DNA of 64,000 nucleotides from a virus (Duplodnaviria; Heunggongvirae; Uroviricota; Caudoviricetes): IMG/VR virus record IMGVR_UViG_2721755662_000004; one strand, 5' to 3'. Shown piece by piece: positions 19,104 to 28,075 of this stretch (position 1 is its first letter; each line of letters starts with the position of its first letter). The notes under the pieces were generated by a model. It saw only the letters and a program-made list of their open reading frames with translations, ran no database searches and was not told where the DNA came from. The position numbers and the translations under genes were made by a program.

Positions 19104-19832
19104 ATGACAATGAATGAGCTGATAAATAGCAGCATCATCAAAATGACCAGCATTGAAATCGCTGAGTTGGTGGGGAGTCGTCCAGATAACGTAAAAATAT
19201 CAATAGAGCGCCTGGCTGAATCTGGAGTTATTCAACTTCCTGCATTGCAGGTTTTCGAAAAAATCAATAACTTAGGACTGCGCCGTAGTGTCGAGGCTTA
19301 CGTCTTCGAAGGCGAACAAGGTAAGCGAGACAGCATTATTGTCGTCGCCCAATTGTCGCCGGAATTCACCGCTCGTCTTGTTGACCGTTGGCGAGAGCTT
19401 GAAGGGGCAACCGCGAAAATACCACAAACCTTTTCTGAGGCATTGCGCCTTGCGGCCGACCTTGAAGACCAGAAGGCTGAACTGGAGAAACAGCTTGCTC
19501 TCGCAGCACCTAAAGTTGAGTTTGCCGATCGAGTTGGCGAGGCCAGCGGAATTTTGATTGGAAACTTTGCAAAGGTTGTTGGTATTGGTCCAAACAAACT
19601 GTTTGCGTGGATGCGCGATCACAAAATCCTTATTGCTTCAGGTTCCCGGCGCAATGTGCCAATGCAGGAATATATGGATCGCGGCTATTTCACAGTGAAA
19701 GAAACAGCGGTCAATACAAATCACGGAATACAGATCTCGTTCACCACAAAAATCACCGGGCGTGGTCAACAGTGGCTGACCAGAAAGCCGCTCGATAACG
19801 GAATGCTGAAAGTAACAGGGGAGGCTGCTTAA
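19104..19832 (+). CDS. Phage antirepressor (Rha-like N-terminus, KilA-C/ANT C-terminus)
   Basis: 242 aa; SIEIAELVGSRPDNV Rha-like segment; ANT-type C-terminal region. Confidence 0.65.
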   Translation: MTMNELINSSIIKMTSIEIAELVGSRPDNVKISIERLAESGVIQLPALQVFEKINNLGLRRSVEAYVFEGEQGKRDSIIVVAQLSPEFTARLVDRWRELEGATAKIPQTFSEALRLAADLEDQKAELEKQLALAAPKVEFADRVGEASGILIGNFAKVVGIGPNKLFAWMRDHKILIASGSRRNVPMQEYMDRGYFTVKETAVNTNHGIQISFTTKITGRGQQWLTRKPLDNGMLKVTGEAA

Positions 19833-20122
19833 TGGCTAACCTACGCAAAGAAGCGCGCGGCAGAGAATGCCAGGTACGGATTTACGGCGTATGCAATGGC
19901 AATCCTGAAACGACAGTTCTGGCACATTACCGGATGGCTGGAATTTGCGGAACGGGAATGAAGCCTGACGACCTGATCGGTGCATGGGCTTGTAGTGACT
20001 GCCACGCGGAGATCGACCGACGCACCCGAATTCTCGACAACAACGACGCCAGACTTTACCACCTGGAAGGCGTGATCAGGACGCAGGCGATATTGCTGAA
20101 GGAGGGGAAGATTAAGTCATGA
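19832..20122 (+). CDS. DUF1364 (YbcO-like) Cys-rich nin-region protein
   Basis: MANLRKEARGRECQVRIYGVCNGNPETTVLAH... resembles YbcO as I recall it. Confidence 0.6.
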   Translation: MANLRKEARGRECQVRIYGVCNGNPETTVLAHYRMAGICGTGMKPDDLIGAWACSDCHAEIDRRTRILDNNDARLYHLEGVIRTQAILLKEGKIKS

Positions 20123-20481
20123 ATGAATATGAGTTTGTGCTTCCCTGGCCGCCGACGGTGAATACCTACTGGCGAAGACGGGGAAGCCAGTACTACATCA
20201 GCGATAAAGGCCAGAAATACCGAAAAGACGTACAGCAAATCATCCGGCAACTCAGATTAGACATTTTCACTAAATCACGACTTCGCATCACAATTATTGC
20301 TGAACCACCAGATTCCCGCCGTCGCGACCTCGATAACATCCTGAAAGGTTTACTCGACTCTCTTATCCACGCCGGATTTGCGGACGACGACGAGCAATTC
20401 GATGACATTCGCGTAATTCGCGGCGTGAAAGTGCCTGGCGGTAGAGTGGGGATAAAAATCACCGAACTGGAGAACATTTGA
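20119..20481 (+). CDS. rusA: RusA Holliday-junction resolvase
   Basis: 120 aa; LPWPPTVNTYWRRRG and RRRDLDN motifs. Confidence 0.85.
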   Translation: MNEYEFVLPWPPTVNTYWRRRGSQYYISDKGQKYRKDVQQIIRQLRLDIFTKSRLRITIIAEPPDSRRRDLDNILKGLLDSLIHAGFADDDEQFDDIRVIRGVKVPGGRVGIKITELENI

Positions 20482-20675
20482 TGAATGCTAAAATTCAAAC
20501 GATACCTGAATTACTGATCTGCACCAGGGGAAATCAGACAGAAGTCGCCAGAATACTGAACTGCAATCGTGCTACAGTCAGAAAATACATTGATGATAAA
20601 GATGCGAAAAAGCACGCCGTCGTCAATGGCGTCCTTATGGTTCATCGCGGATGGGGTAAAGATACTGATGCGTGA
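20478..20675 (+). CDS. ninH: NinH-like protein
   Basis: 65 aa; [25 protein letters not shown]...VLMVHRGW matches lambda NinH. Confidence 0.7.
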   Translation: MMNAKIQTIPELLICTRGNQTEVARILNCNRATVRKYIDDKDAKKHAVVNGVLMVHRGWGKDTDA

Positions 20676-21102
20676 TATCCGGCAGGTTCTTGAGCGCTGG
20701 GGGGCATGGGCGGTAAATAACTATGAGGATGTTACATGGTCGCCCATTGCTGCCGGATTTAAGGGACTGATCCCCGAAAAAGTAAAATCACGTCCACAGT
20801 GCTGTGACGATGATGCGATGGTGATATGCGGGTGCATAGCCCGCCTTTACCGGAACAATCGCGATCTGCATGACTTGCTGGTTGATTACTACGTGTTGGG
20901 GGAGACGTTCATGGCGCTGGCACGGAAACATGGGTGCTCTGACACCTGTATAGGTAAACGCCTTCACAAAGCGGAGGGGATTGTTGAAGGCATGCTGATG
21001 ATGCTGGGAGTGAGGCTTGAGATGGATCGGTATGTTGAGCGTGAATTGCCGGGAGGGAGAAGCTCTGTATTTTATCAGCGAAAAAATAGTTTACGATCGT
21101 AA
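20668..21102 (+). CDS. Q: Late antiterminator Q (933W/Stx-phage type, from memory)
   Basis: 144 aa from the Met at 20668 ([35 protein letters not shown]...); position after ninH. Confidence 0.75.
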   Translation: MRDIRQVLERWGAWAVNNYEDVTWSPIAAGFKGLIPEKVKSRPQCCDDDAMVICGCIARLYRNNRDLHDLLVDYYVLGETFMALARKHGCSDTCIGKRLHKAEGIVEGMLMMLGVRLEMDRYVERELPGGRSSVFYQRKNSLRS

Positions 21103-21149
21103 AAATCTGCATATCATGATAAGAGTGGTTACATTGCCACGCAGCCGAA

Positions 21150-21172
21150 CCCGCCGATGCGCGGGTTTTTTT
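21150..21172 (+). terminator. tR'-like intrinsic terminator downstream of Q
   Basis: CCCGC-CGATG-GCGGG followed by TTTTTTT. Confidence 0.75.
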
Positions 21173-21352
21173 GTACCCAGAATCCTGTGAGCTATACGGA
21201 AAGTACACAGAAAGGAAGGTACGACCGCAATTAATAACAAAATCTTAAAAATCTCATATGGCACTATTAGTTTTCTAAATATTGTATATTTTAAGTATTG
21301 CAGGATAACCCTGTAACGAAGTTTGCGTAACAGCATTTTGCTCTACGAGTTT

Positions 21353-21382
21353 GCCAGCCTCCCCTGGTGGCTGGCTTTTTTT
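21353..21382 (+). terminator. Second strong intrinsic terminator
   Basis: GCCAGCC-TCCCCTGGT-GGCTGGC followed by TTTTTTT. Confidence 0.75.
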
Positions 21383-21867
21383 GTATCCGTTCAACGGGAA
21401 TGTTACATACCTCACAATTAAGTCAGTTGAATGTTGTCTGCCCGGATGAGAATTTGTTAGAAAAAACTGCATGGTGAATCCCCCTGAGCGGAGGGGCGAC
21501 TGGTGACGGTATAATCTCTGATTATCAAAACGAGAATGACGCGGGTTTAGTGGCACCGGGCTGAACTCACCGGGAGGCACCCGGCACCATGCAATGGCAC
21601 ATAGCGCCACTCTCCAGCCCCTCTCCGGAGGGGCTTTCTTATGGACAAAAAAGCCCGCGCTGGGAGACGCGGGCGGCAAGGAATGAACAATGAAACGTGA
21701 AGTAATATTTCAGCTGGCGAATAATACCCCATAGTAATCACTCTGCGCAACTGCGCGACCTTTTTCGAATTGCGGGCTGTAGTCTCCCTTCTGCCATTGT
21801 CCTGTAACTTCCGGACTTCAGCCCGCTCCTTATTTTACTCACAATATTATCCCGGCCGGGAGGATTC

Positions 21868-23778
21868 ATGGCATTTAAACACTATGATGTTGTCAGGGCG
21901 GCGTCGCCGTCAGACCTTGCGAAACGAATAACTCAAAAACTGAAGGAAGGGTGGCAGCCTTATGGTAGTGCGCTGATTTCGACAGCTGGTTATGGTGCGG
22001 AGTTCATCCAGCCAGTTGTGAGTGAGGGGAGCATCTCATCACCAGAGGAGCCAGGCAACCGTCCGACGACCTCAGCGCCTTCTGTTGCGCCAGAATATTA
22101 CTATGTGATCGCGCTTGCTGGTCAGTCCAATGGTATGTCATACGGTGAGGGACTGCCATTACCGGATACATTCGACAGCCCTGATCCACGTATTAAACAG
22201 TTAGCGCGTCGCAGTACGGTGACACCGGGCGGTGCAGCATGCAAATATAACGACATCATTCCGGCGGACCATTGTCTGCATGATGTGCAGGACATGAGCC
22301 GTCTTAACCATCCGAAAGCGGACCTGTCAAAGGGGCAGTACGGAACCGTGGGGCAGGGGCTGCATATCGCCAAAAAACTGCTGCCGTTTATACCGGCGAA
22401 TGCGGGCATTCTGCTGGTTCCGTGCTGTCGTGGTGGTTCAGCGTTCACCACCGGAGCTGATGGCACATACAGTGACGCGAGTGGTGCCTCGGAGAATTCA
22501 ACCCGCTGGGGTGTGGACAAGCCGCTGTATAAGGACCTTATCGGTCGAACAAAAGCGGCACTGGAGAAGAACCCGAAAAATGTGCTGTTTGCCGTGGTGT
22601 GGATGCAGGGGGAATTTGATTTTGGCGGTACGCCGGCAAATCATGCCGCACAGTTTGGTGCGCTGGTTGATAAATTCCGTGCAGACCTGGCGGATATGGC
22701 AGGCCAGTGCGTCGGTGGCTCTGCTGGCGGTGTTCCCTGGATATGCGGGGACACGACGTATTTCTGGAAGCAGAAGAACGAATCCACGTACCAGACGGTG
22801 TACGGCAGCTATAAAAATAAAACGGAAAAGAATATCCATTTCGTACCGTTCATGACCGATGAGAACGGGGTGAATGTGCCGACGAACAAACCGGAAGAAG
22901 ACCCGGACATTCCGGGTATCGGTTATTACGGTTCGAAATGGCGTGACAGCTCAGCCACCTGGACGTCACAGGACAGGGCGAGCCATTTCAGTTCATGGGC
23001 TCGCCGTGGGATTATTTCCGACCGTCTGGCAACGGCGATTCTGAGCTGCGCGGGTAAGTCTTCTGCGTTTGTTAATGGTACTGCCGGGGTGGTTGTTCCA
23101 GACAGGCCGGTTACCACCTCAGAGTCTGTAATTTTTTACGATGCCAAAAAAGCTACAGACAATCAGCTGAAACCTTATGGCTGGGACGGTATGTATGGCA
23201 GACGCACACTGGTTGATGACAGCGGCAATAAAGCTCTGCGAATTGAGAAAAATAACAGCGCGAAATCCTGGTCAATGTACTGTGATATTGCTGCAGACAA
23301 GGCAAAACTTTTACTGGAAAAAGGCGGGGAAATTGCTGTCCGGTTTAAAATCCCCGAAAACGTCAATCTTGAGACAACCAGAAACAAGTATGCCTTTGGT
23401 TTGTACTGGCGAATAGCGGAATGGCCGGGTGAGGGTGGTGAAGGCCATCTGAGTTCTTTCTTTGTCCAGACAGATAAAGCCAGTATTAATGTTGCATACC
23501 ATCATACAGTTAATCAACAAAAAGAACTTGGCACGTTTGGCGCATTCGACCATGACTGGCATACGCTTGCATTTAAATTTAAGGGCAGTAACAGCATTAA
23601 TGTTACTCCGGTGCTCGATGGTGTGGATGGACAGGCGTTTGACCTGGTGAAATGGGCCAATACTGCTAATGGACTCAACAGGTTTGTCATTACGGATATT
23701 ACAGGTAGTGCAGAAACCTACCCTGTACTTATTGATACGGTGGAAGTTAAAGCAAACAAAGCTGGAGCAGCCGCATAA
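21868..23778 (+). CDS. nanS-p: NanS-p-like sialate O-acetylesterase (SGNH/SASA hydrolase)
   Basis: 636 aa; ALAGQSNGMSYGE motif; occupies the slot downstream of the stx position in Stx-phage backbones. Confidence 0.7.
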   Translation: MAFKHYDVVRAASPSDLAKRITQKLKEGWQPYGSALISTAGYGAEFIQPVVSEGSISSPEEPGNRPTTSAPSVAPEYYYVIALAGQSNGMSYGEGLPLPDTFDSPDPRIKQLARRSTVTPGGAACKYNDIIPADHCLHDVQDMSRLNHPKADLSKGQYGTVGQGLHIAKKLLPFIPANAGILLVPCCRGGSAFTTGADGTYSDASGASENSTRWGVDKPLYKDLIGRTKAALEKNPKNVLFAVVWMQGEFDFGGTPANHAAQFGALVDKFRADLADMAGQCVGGSAGGVPWICGDTTYFWKQKNESTYQTVYGSYKNKTEKNIHFVPFMTDENGVNVPTNKPEEDPDIPGIGYYGSKWRDSSATWTSQDRASHFSSWARRGIISDRLATAILSCAGKSSAFVNGTAGVVVPDRPVTTSESVIFYDAKKATDNQLKPYGWDGMYGRRTLVDDSGNKALRIEKNNSAKSWSMYCDIAADKAKLLLEKGGEIAVRFKIPENVNLETTRNKYAFGLYWRIAEWPGEGGEGHLSSFFVQTDKASINVAYHHTVNQQKELGTFGAFDHDWHTLAFKFKGSNSINVTPVLDGVDGQAFDLVKWANTANGLNRFVITDITGSAETYPVLIDTVEVKANKAGAAA

Positions 23779-23917
23779 TTGCTAAAAAAAGCCGCCAGCG
23801 GCAGGAATGGAAGCTGGCGGAGGTAATCCCAATGGAGAATGTAAAGAAAAGATGCTTTCGTACATTGGTTTTTTAAATGAAAACAATTCTCATTGTCAAC
23901 CATAACGGTAAGAAATT

Positions 23918-24100
23918 ATGACATTTATTCATCAGGTGATGCTGTACTTCTGTACGGCGGTCTGTGTGCTGTATCTTCTTTCGGGTGGGTACAGGGCTGT
24001 GCGCGATTTCTGGTGCAGGCAGATTGATAAAAGGGCCGCTGAGAAAATCAGCGCCAGTCAGTCAGCCGGAAGCAAACCCGAAGAACCCGTTACTCCTTAA
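23918..24100 (+). CDS. Small hypothetical membrane protein
   Basis: 60-aa ORF with one hydrophobic segment. Confidence 0.35.
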   Translation: MTFIHQVMLYFCTAVCVLYLLSGGYRAVRDFWCRQIDKRAAEKISASQSAGSKPEEPVTP

Positions 24101-24125
24101 CAACCCCTTTCAGCGAGAAAATCCC

Positions 24126-24371
24126 ATGTCAGAAATCACATCCCTGGTCACTGCAGAGGCAGTGAAGGAAGTCCTGCGCTCTGAAGAAGTCCGGAGCGCA
24201 CTGAAACAGAAACTTCGCCAGAATCTTGAGTCGCGTCTTGATGCAGAAGTGGATGCCATTCTGGATGAGCTGCTGGGCGTAGCAGCGGTTCCTGAGCCGG
24301 AAGGTATCGCGGGTGACGGGAGTGCTTCAGATGGCGGTGAACCTACACCTGACAGCGACATGATGATGTAA
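24126..24371 (+). CDS. Hypothetical acidic protein
   Basis: 81 aa from the internal Met. Confidence 0.4.
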   Translation: MSEITSLVTAEAVKEVLRSEEVRSALKQKLRQNLESRLDAEVDAILDELLGVAAVPEPEGIAGDGSASDGGEPTPDSDMMM

Positions 24372-24447
24372 GCATGCGCAAGGGACCATCGGTGTGTGCC
24401 GGTGGTCTTTATATTGTTGTGAGCTTCCGGATTGCGGGAGACGGGGT

Positions 24448-24663
24448 ATGTACCAGATGGAAAAAATCACAACAGGTGTGTCATACACCACGTCAGCGGT
24501 GGGAACGGGCTACTGGTTCCTGCAGTTGCTGGACAGGGTTTCCCCGTCTCAGTGGGCGGCAATAGGCGTGCTGGGGAGTCTGCTGTTTGGGCTGCTGACG
24601 TACCTGACTAACCTGTATTTCAAAATCAAAGAGGACCGGCGTAAGGCGGCGCGGGGAGAGTAA
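24448..24663 (+). CDS. S: Holin (phage-21 S-type) with dual start motif
   Basis: [10 protein letters not shown]...[15 protein letters not shown]...[17 protein letters not shown]; two Mets three codons apart. Confidence 0.85.
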   Translation: MYQMEKITTGVSYTTSAVGTGYWFLQLLDRVSPSQWAAIGVLGSLLFGLLTYLTNLYFKIKEDRRKAARGE

Positions 24664-24667
24664 GCTG

Positions 24668-25201
24668 ATGAGCAGGAAATTCCGCTATGGTTTATCAGCG
24701 GTCGTTCTGGCGCTGATTGCTGCGGGCGCTTCTGCGCCTGAAATCCTCGACCAGTTTCTTGACGAAAAAGAAGGTAACCACACCACGGCATACCGTGATG
24801 GTGCGGGTATCTGGACTATCTGCCGCGGTGCCATCCTGGTGGATGGCAAACCTGTCGTTCCGGGCATGAAGTTGTCGAAGGAAAAATGCGACCGGGTTAA
24901 CGCCATTGAGCGTGATAAGGCGCTGGCATGGGTGGAGAAAAACATCAGAGTGCCACTGACCGAACCGCAGAAAGCGGGCATCGCGTCATTCTGCCCGTAC
25001 AACATCGGGCCTTCGAAATGCTTCACCTCAACGTTTTACCGGAAACTGAACGCCGGAGACCGGAAAGGTGCATGTGCTGAAATCCGCCGATGGATATATG
25101 ACGGCGGCAGGGACTGTCGGAACCGCTCAAATAACTGTTACGGGCAGGTATCGCGGCGTGACCAGGAGAGCGCGCTGGCGTGCTGGAGTATCGACAGATA
25201 A
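24668..25201 (+). CDS. R: SAR endolysin (lysozyme with N-terminal signal-anchor-release segment)
   Basis: 177 aa; hydrophobic N-terminus (LSAVVLALIAAGASA) then lysozyme-like body; directly after the holin. Confidence 0.8.
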   Translation: MSRKFRYGLSAVVLALIAAGASAPEILDQFLDEKEGNHTTAYRDGAGIWTICRGAILVDGKPVVPGMKLSKEKCDRVNAIERDKALAWVEKNIRVPLTEPQKAGIASFCPYNIGPSKCFTSTFYRKLNAGDRKGACAEIRRWIYDGGRDCRNRSNNCYGQVSRRDQESALACWSIDR

Positions 25202-25294
25202 GCAGAATGTTCTGCTGAAAAATGCCGTTGACCAACGCGGACGGATAACACGAAATCCTGCGAACTGGCAAAACCTAAGTGAATAAAAGTAAAA

Positions 25295-25329
25295 ACCCCG
25301 TTTGTTGGCAGCAAGCGGGGTTTTGTGTT
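25295..25329 (+). terminator. Intrinsic terminator after R
   Basis: CCCCG...CGGGG followed by TTTTGTGTTT. Confidence 0.6.
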
Positions 25330-25536
25330 TCTGACCTTGAATAAGGCAAGGGAGAAATTATGGGTAGGGAGGTTCTTTCCCTGTGAGGAAGTATAAAAGA
25401 TTCTTTCTGAGGTTGTCCATTATGAAAGGCATTGAGGTGGAGACGCCAGCAAGTCTGGATTTAACAAGAGCGGCAGCTTTTGCCATTCGTATTGTGGCAA
25501 TTGCTGTTCTGGTCTGGGCAATCCGTTGGTGGTGAT

Positions 25537-25995
25537 ATGAATCGTGTGCTGTATGGCGTGCTTATTGTCCTGCTGCTTGGTTGTGGATCGCTGTGGCTGG
25601 CAACAGACCATTACCGTGATAACGCCATCACCTACAAAGAGCAGCGAGATGATGCGAAGACAAAACTCAGCCAGGCGAACGCCACCATTGCTGACATACA
25701 GCAGCGCCAGCGTGATGTTGCTGCACTCGATGCCAGATACACCAGGGAGCTTGCTGATGCTAACGCGACTATTGAAAGTCTCCGTGCTGATGTTTCTGCT
25801 GGGCGTAAGCGCCTGCAAGTCGCCGCCACCTGTGCAAAGTCAACGACCGGAGCCAGCGGCATGGGCGATGGAGAAAGCTCAGGACTTACAGCAGATGCTG
25901 AACTCAATTATTACCGTCTCCGAAGTGGAATCGACAAGATAACCGCGCAGGTTAACTACCTGCAGGAGTACATCAGGATGCAATGCCTCGATTAA
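25537..25995 (+). CDS. Rz: Rz-like inner-membrane spanin
   Basis: 152 aa from MNRVLYGVLIVLLLGCGSLW; N-terminal TM segment then coiled-coil-like region. Confidence 0.75.
   Translation: MNRVLYGVLIVLLLGCGSLWLATDHYRDNAITYKEQRDDAKTKLSQANATIADIQQRQRDVAALDARYTRELADANATIESLRADVSAGRKRLQVAATCAKSTTGASGMGDGESSGLTADAELNYYRLRSGIDKITAQVNYLQEYIRMQCLD
25757..25942 (+). CDS. Rz1: Rz1-like outer-membrane lipoprotein spanin, embedded in Rz in the +1 frame
   Basis: MLTRLLKVSVLMFLLGVSAC with lipobox VSAC, then Pro-rich segment. Confidence 0.65.
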   Translation: MLTRLLKVSVLMFLLGVSACKSPPPVQSQRPEPAAWAMEKAQDLQQMLNSIITVSEVESTR

Positions 25996-26075
25996 CAGAG
26001 CCAGCTCAATCGCTGGCCTTTTTTATGAGGAGAGATATAACCTGAATCAATGCCAGTGCATTATCAACAAATGGA

Positions 26076-26657
26076 TCACTGGGTAAGCTCGTTTGGTTTT
26101 AAATGTCCGTCGAGAATCAGATTGTGATTTTCCCGATGCAGAACCAGTGTGCCCATATAATCAGGTTTAAATCTCCATCCATTCATTTTTTTTGCAATTC
26201 TGGACAGACAGTGATTATGTGTGAAAATCACAGTAACATGATCTGATTTTGATATTTTAAGGATATTATTTACTGCGTTATCATCACATGTCGATATGTC
26301 CGGAATAGTTGCTGTCTTACCTCCCGAAAAAAAAGTGGCTGTCTGCATTGTTCGGAGTGTGTCTGTAGAATAGAGACTGTAGTATGGAAACATTCTTCTG
26401 AATTTATCTCCATATTGTTGAGCTTTGTTAGCTCCGTTTACTGTGATTCCCTCATGTGCTGAAAGACATATTCTTTGGGAGCGATCGCATCTTTCCCCAT
26501 GCCGGATGAGAAAAATAATGGGATGTTTCTGGTTAATCTCAGTGACATCGTTCACATCAAGTCTGACTGGAGTTCTTACAATGTATATGATGGATACAGA
26601 AACGATTATGACAAGTAAAAATATAAGAAGAGATTTTGTTAGCGTTTGATTTAACAT
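26076..26657 (-). CDS. Ais/PmrG-like histidine phosphatase (LPS core heptose(II)-phosphate phosphatase family) with signal peptide
   Basis: IFLIRHGERCDRS...GITVNG...YSLYSTDTLRTMQTATFFSGGK...VIFTHNHCL...FKPDY resembles my recollection of E. coli Ais; opposite strand, AT-rich flanks. Confidence 0.6.
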   Translation of the reverse strand: MLNQTLTKSLLIFLLVIIVSVSIIYIVRTPVRLDVNDVTEINQKHPIIFLIRHGERCDRSQRICLSAHEGITVNGANKAQQYGDKFRRMFPYYSLYSTDTLRTMQTATFFSGGKTATIPDISTCDDNAVNNILKISKSDHVTVIFTHNHCLSRIAKKMNGWRFKPDYMGTLVLHRENHNLILDGHLKPNELTQ

Positions 26658-27259
26658 ATAAATTCCCTTGTCTGTGTTGAAAATGGGCATTATTATGCGT
26701 AAATCTTATGTAATCCTTAAGGATTGTCTGACGTGGTGATATGACGCGAAATACAGTGGGTACACAGAATGCTGTGAACAACGACGAAATGGGCATTGGT
26801 AGCGGTACTGGTGCTTTTTTTATTGGTTGGTTGCTCAAGTCTTGATAAAGCGCGTTAGCTTTTTGGTATTGCCTCTTAGGTCTGTAAAATTGCCGACGGT
26901 GTCCGGCAGTGCATGCAGGGCTGATCGTCTATGAGAACAGAATATATTGCTAAAAATGAAGTGTGCGTCAATGCTTATAAAGCATGCAATTCTGTATTTC
27001 TAACTATTCAATAAAATAAATTCTTTCTGTCGCAGTGAATATACAAATGTTGATCAGCGCTCGATGTGGCGACGGGTTTCTATATCAGGAGACTTTGGCA
27101 TTTATCCGCGAGGCAGCCTATCTGGTGCTGTAGTGGAATGAAGCGGATATAACCTAAATAAGGTTAAACATTAATCAGACATGGCTCTGCTGTGTGAAAT
27201 CTGAAAATTTACAGCAGTCATTGTGCATCAGTTTTTAACAGAGAACGTCAGAAGGTGAC

Positions 27260-28075
27260 ATGGCAAAGCTGGACTGGAAAAAGCTGGAGCAGGCATTTCG
27301 ACGCGAACATGTCAAAACCGGCATAAAGCTTCAGGACTGGTGCCGTCAGAACAATATCAGTTATGACACGGCTCGGCGGTACATTAAACTGCGCAAACAC
27401 TCCCCCAGAAATACAGAGAAAAGTGCGCAGAAAAATGCGCAAATTGATGATCAAAAAAGTGCGCAGAAATCTGACGGCAACTCCAGTCATGACGAGCCTT
27501 CAGGCGATGATGGTTGTGATGAAAAATGCGCAAATTTGGCAGAAACGAAACGGACTCGTGGTTCCAGACTTTTGCCACCTTCAAATGCTTTTTCTCAGCG
27601 TAACACCCACGCCGTCAGACACCGTGGATACGCGAAGTATCTCGAGGCAGATAACCTCATAGATGATGCAGTCGGAATGGAACTTGCCGATGAACTGGTG
27701 TTTACCCGGGCCCGCGCACTTTCAGTAACAGGAACACTGAAAAAAATGTTCGCCGACCTGAAAGAGGCGGCTGACGTGGAAACCCGCGTTGCTCTGTACG
27801 ACAAAATACTCAAAGCTGAACAGGCTCTTGACCGGAATATTGCCCGTATCGAGTCAATTGAACGCTCATTGCTGACGCTGGACGTTCTGGCTGAAACAGC
27901 ACCAAAACTTCGTGCTGACCGGGAAAGAACCAACGCTGCCAGAGATAAACTCAGAGCGGAAACCGATATTCTGACCAGCCAGCGTCGGGGCGTTGTTACG
28001 CCTGTCAGTGACATCGTGTCATCGCTGCATGAAATGAGTAATTCGGGGAGACTGGATGACATTCCGGAAGAATGA
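27260..28075 (+). CDS. Terminase small subunit
   Basis: 271 aa; N-terminal HTH-like region; immediately upstream of the large subunit. Confidence 0.65.
   Translation: MAKLDWKKLEQAFRREHVKTGIKLQDWCRQNNISYDTARRYIKLRKHSPRNTEKSAQKNAQIDDQKSAQKSDGNSSHDEPSGDDGCDEKCANLAETKRTRGSRLLPPSNAFSQRNTHAVRHRGYAKYLEADNLIDDAVGMELADELVFTRARALSVTGTLKKMFADLKEAADVETRVALYDKILKAEQALDRNIARIESIERSLLTLDVLAETAPKLRADRERTNAARDKLRAETDILTSQRRGVVTPVSDIVSSLHEMSNSGRLDDIPEE

Noticed and set aside
21103-21867. Shiga toxin genes and tRNA genes expected between Q and nanS-p
   Set aside because: The interval is only 765 bp with no ORF above about 35 codons and no tRNA-like cloverleaf.
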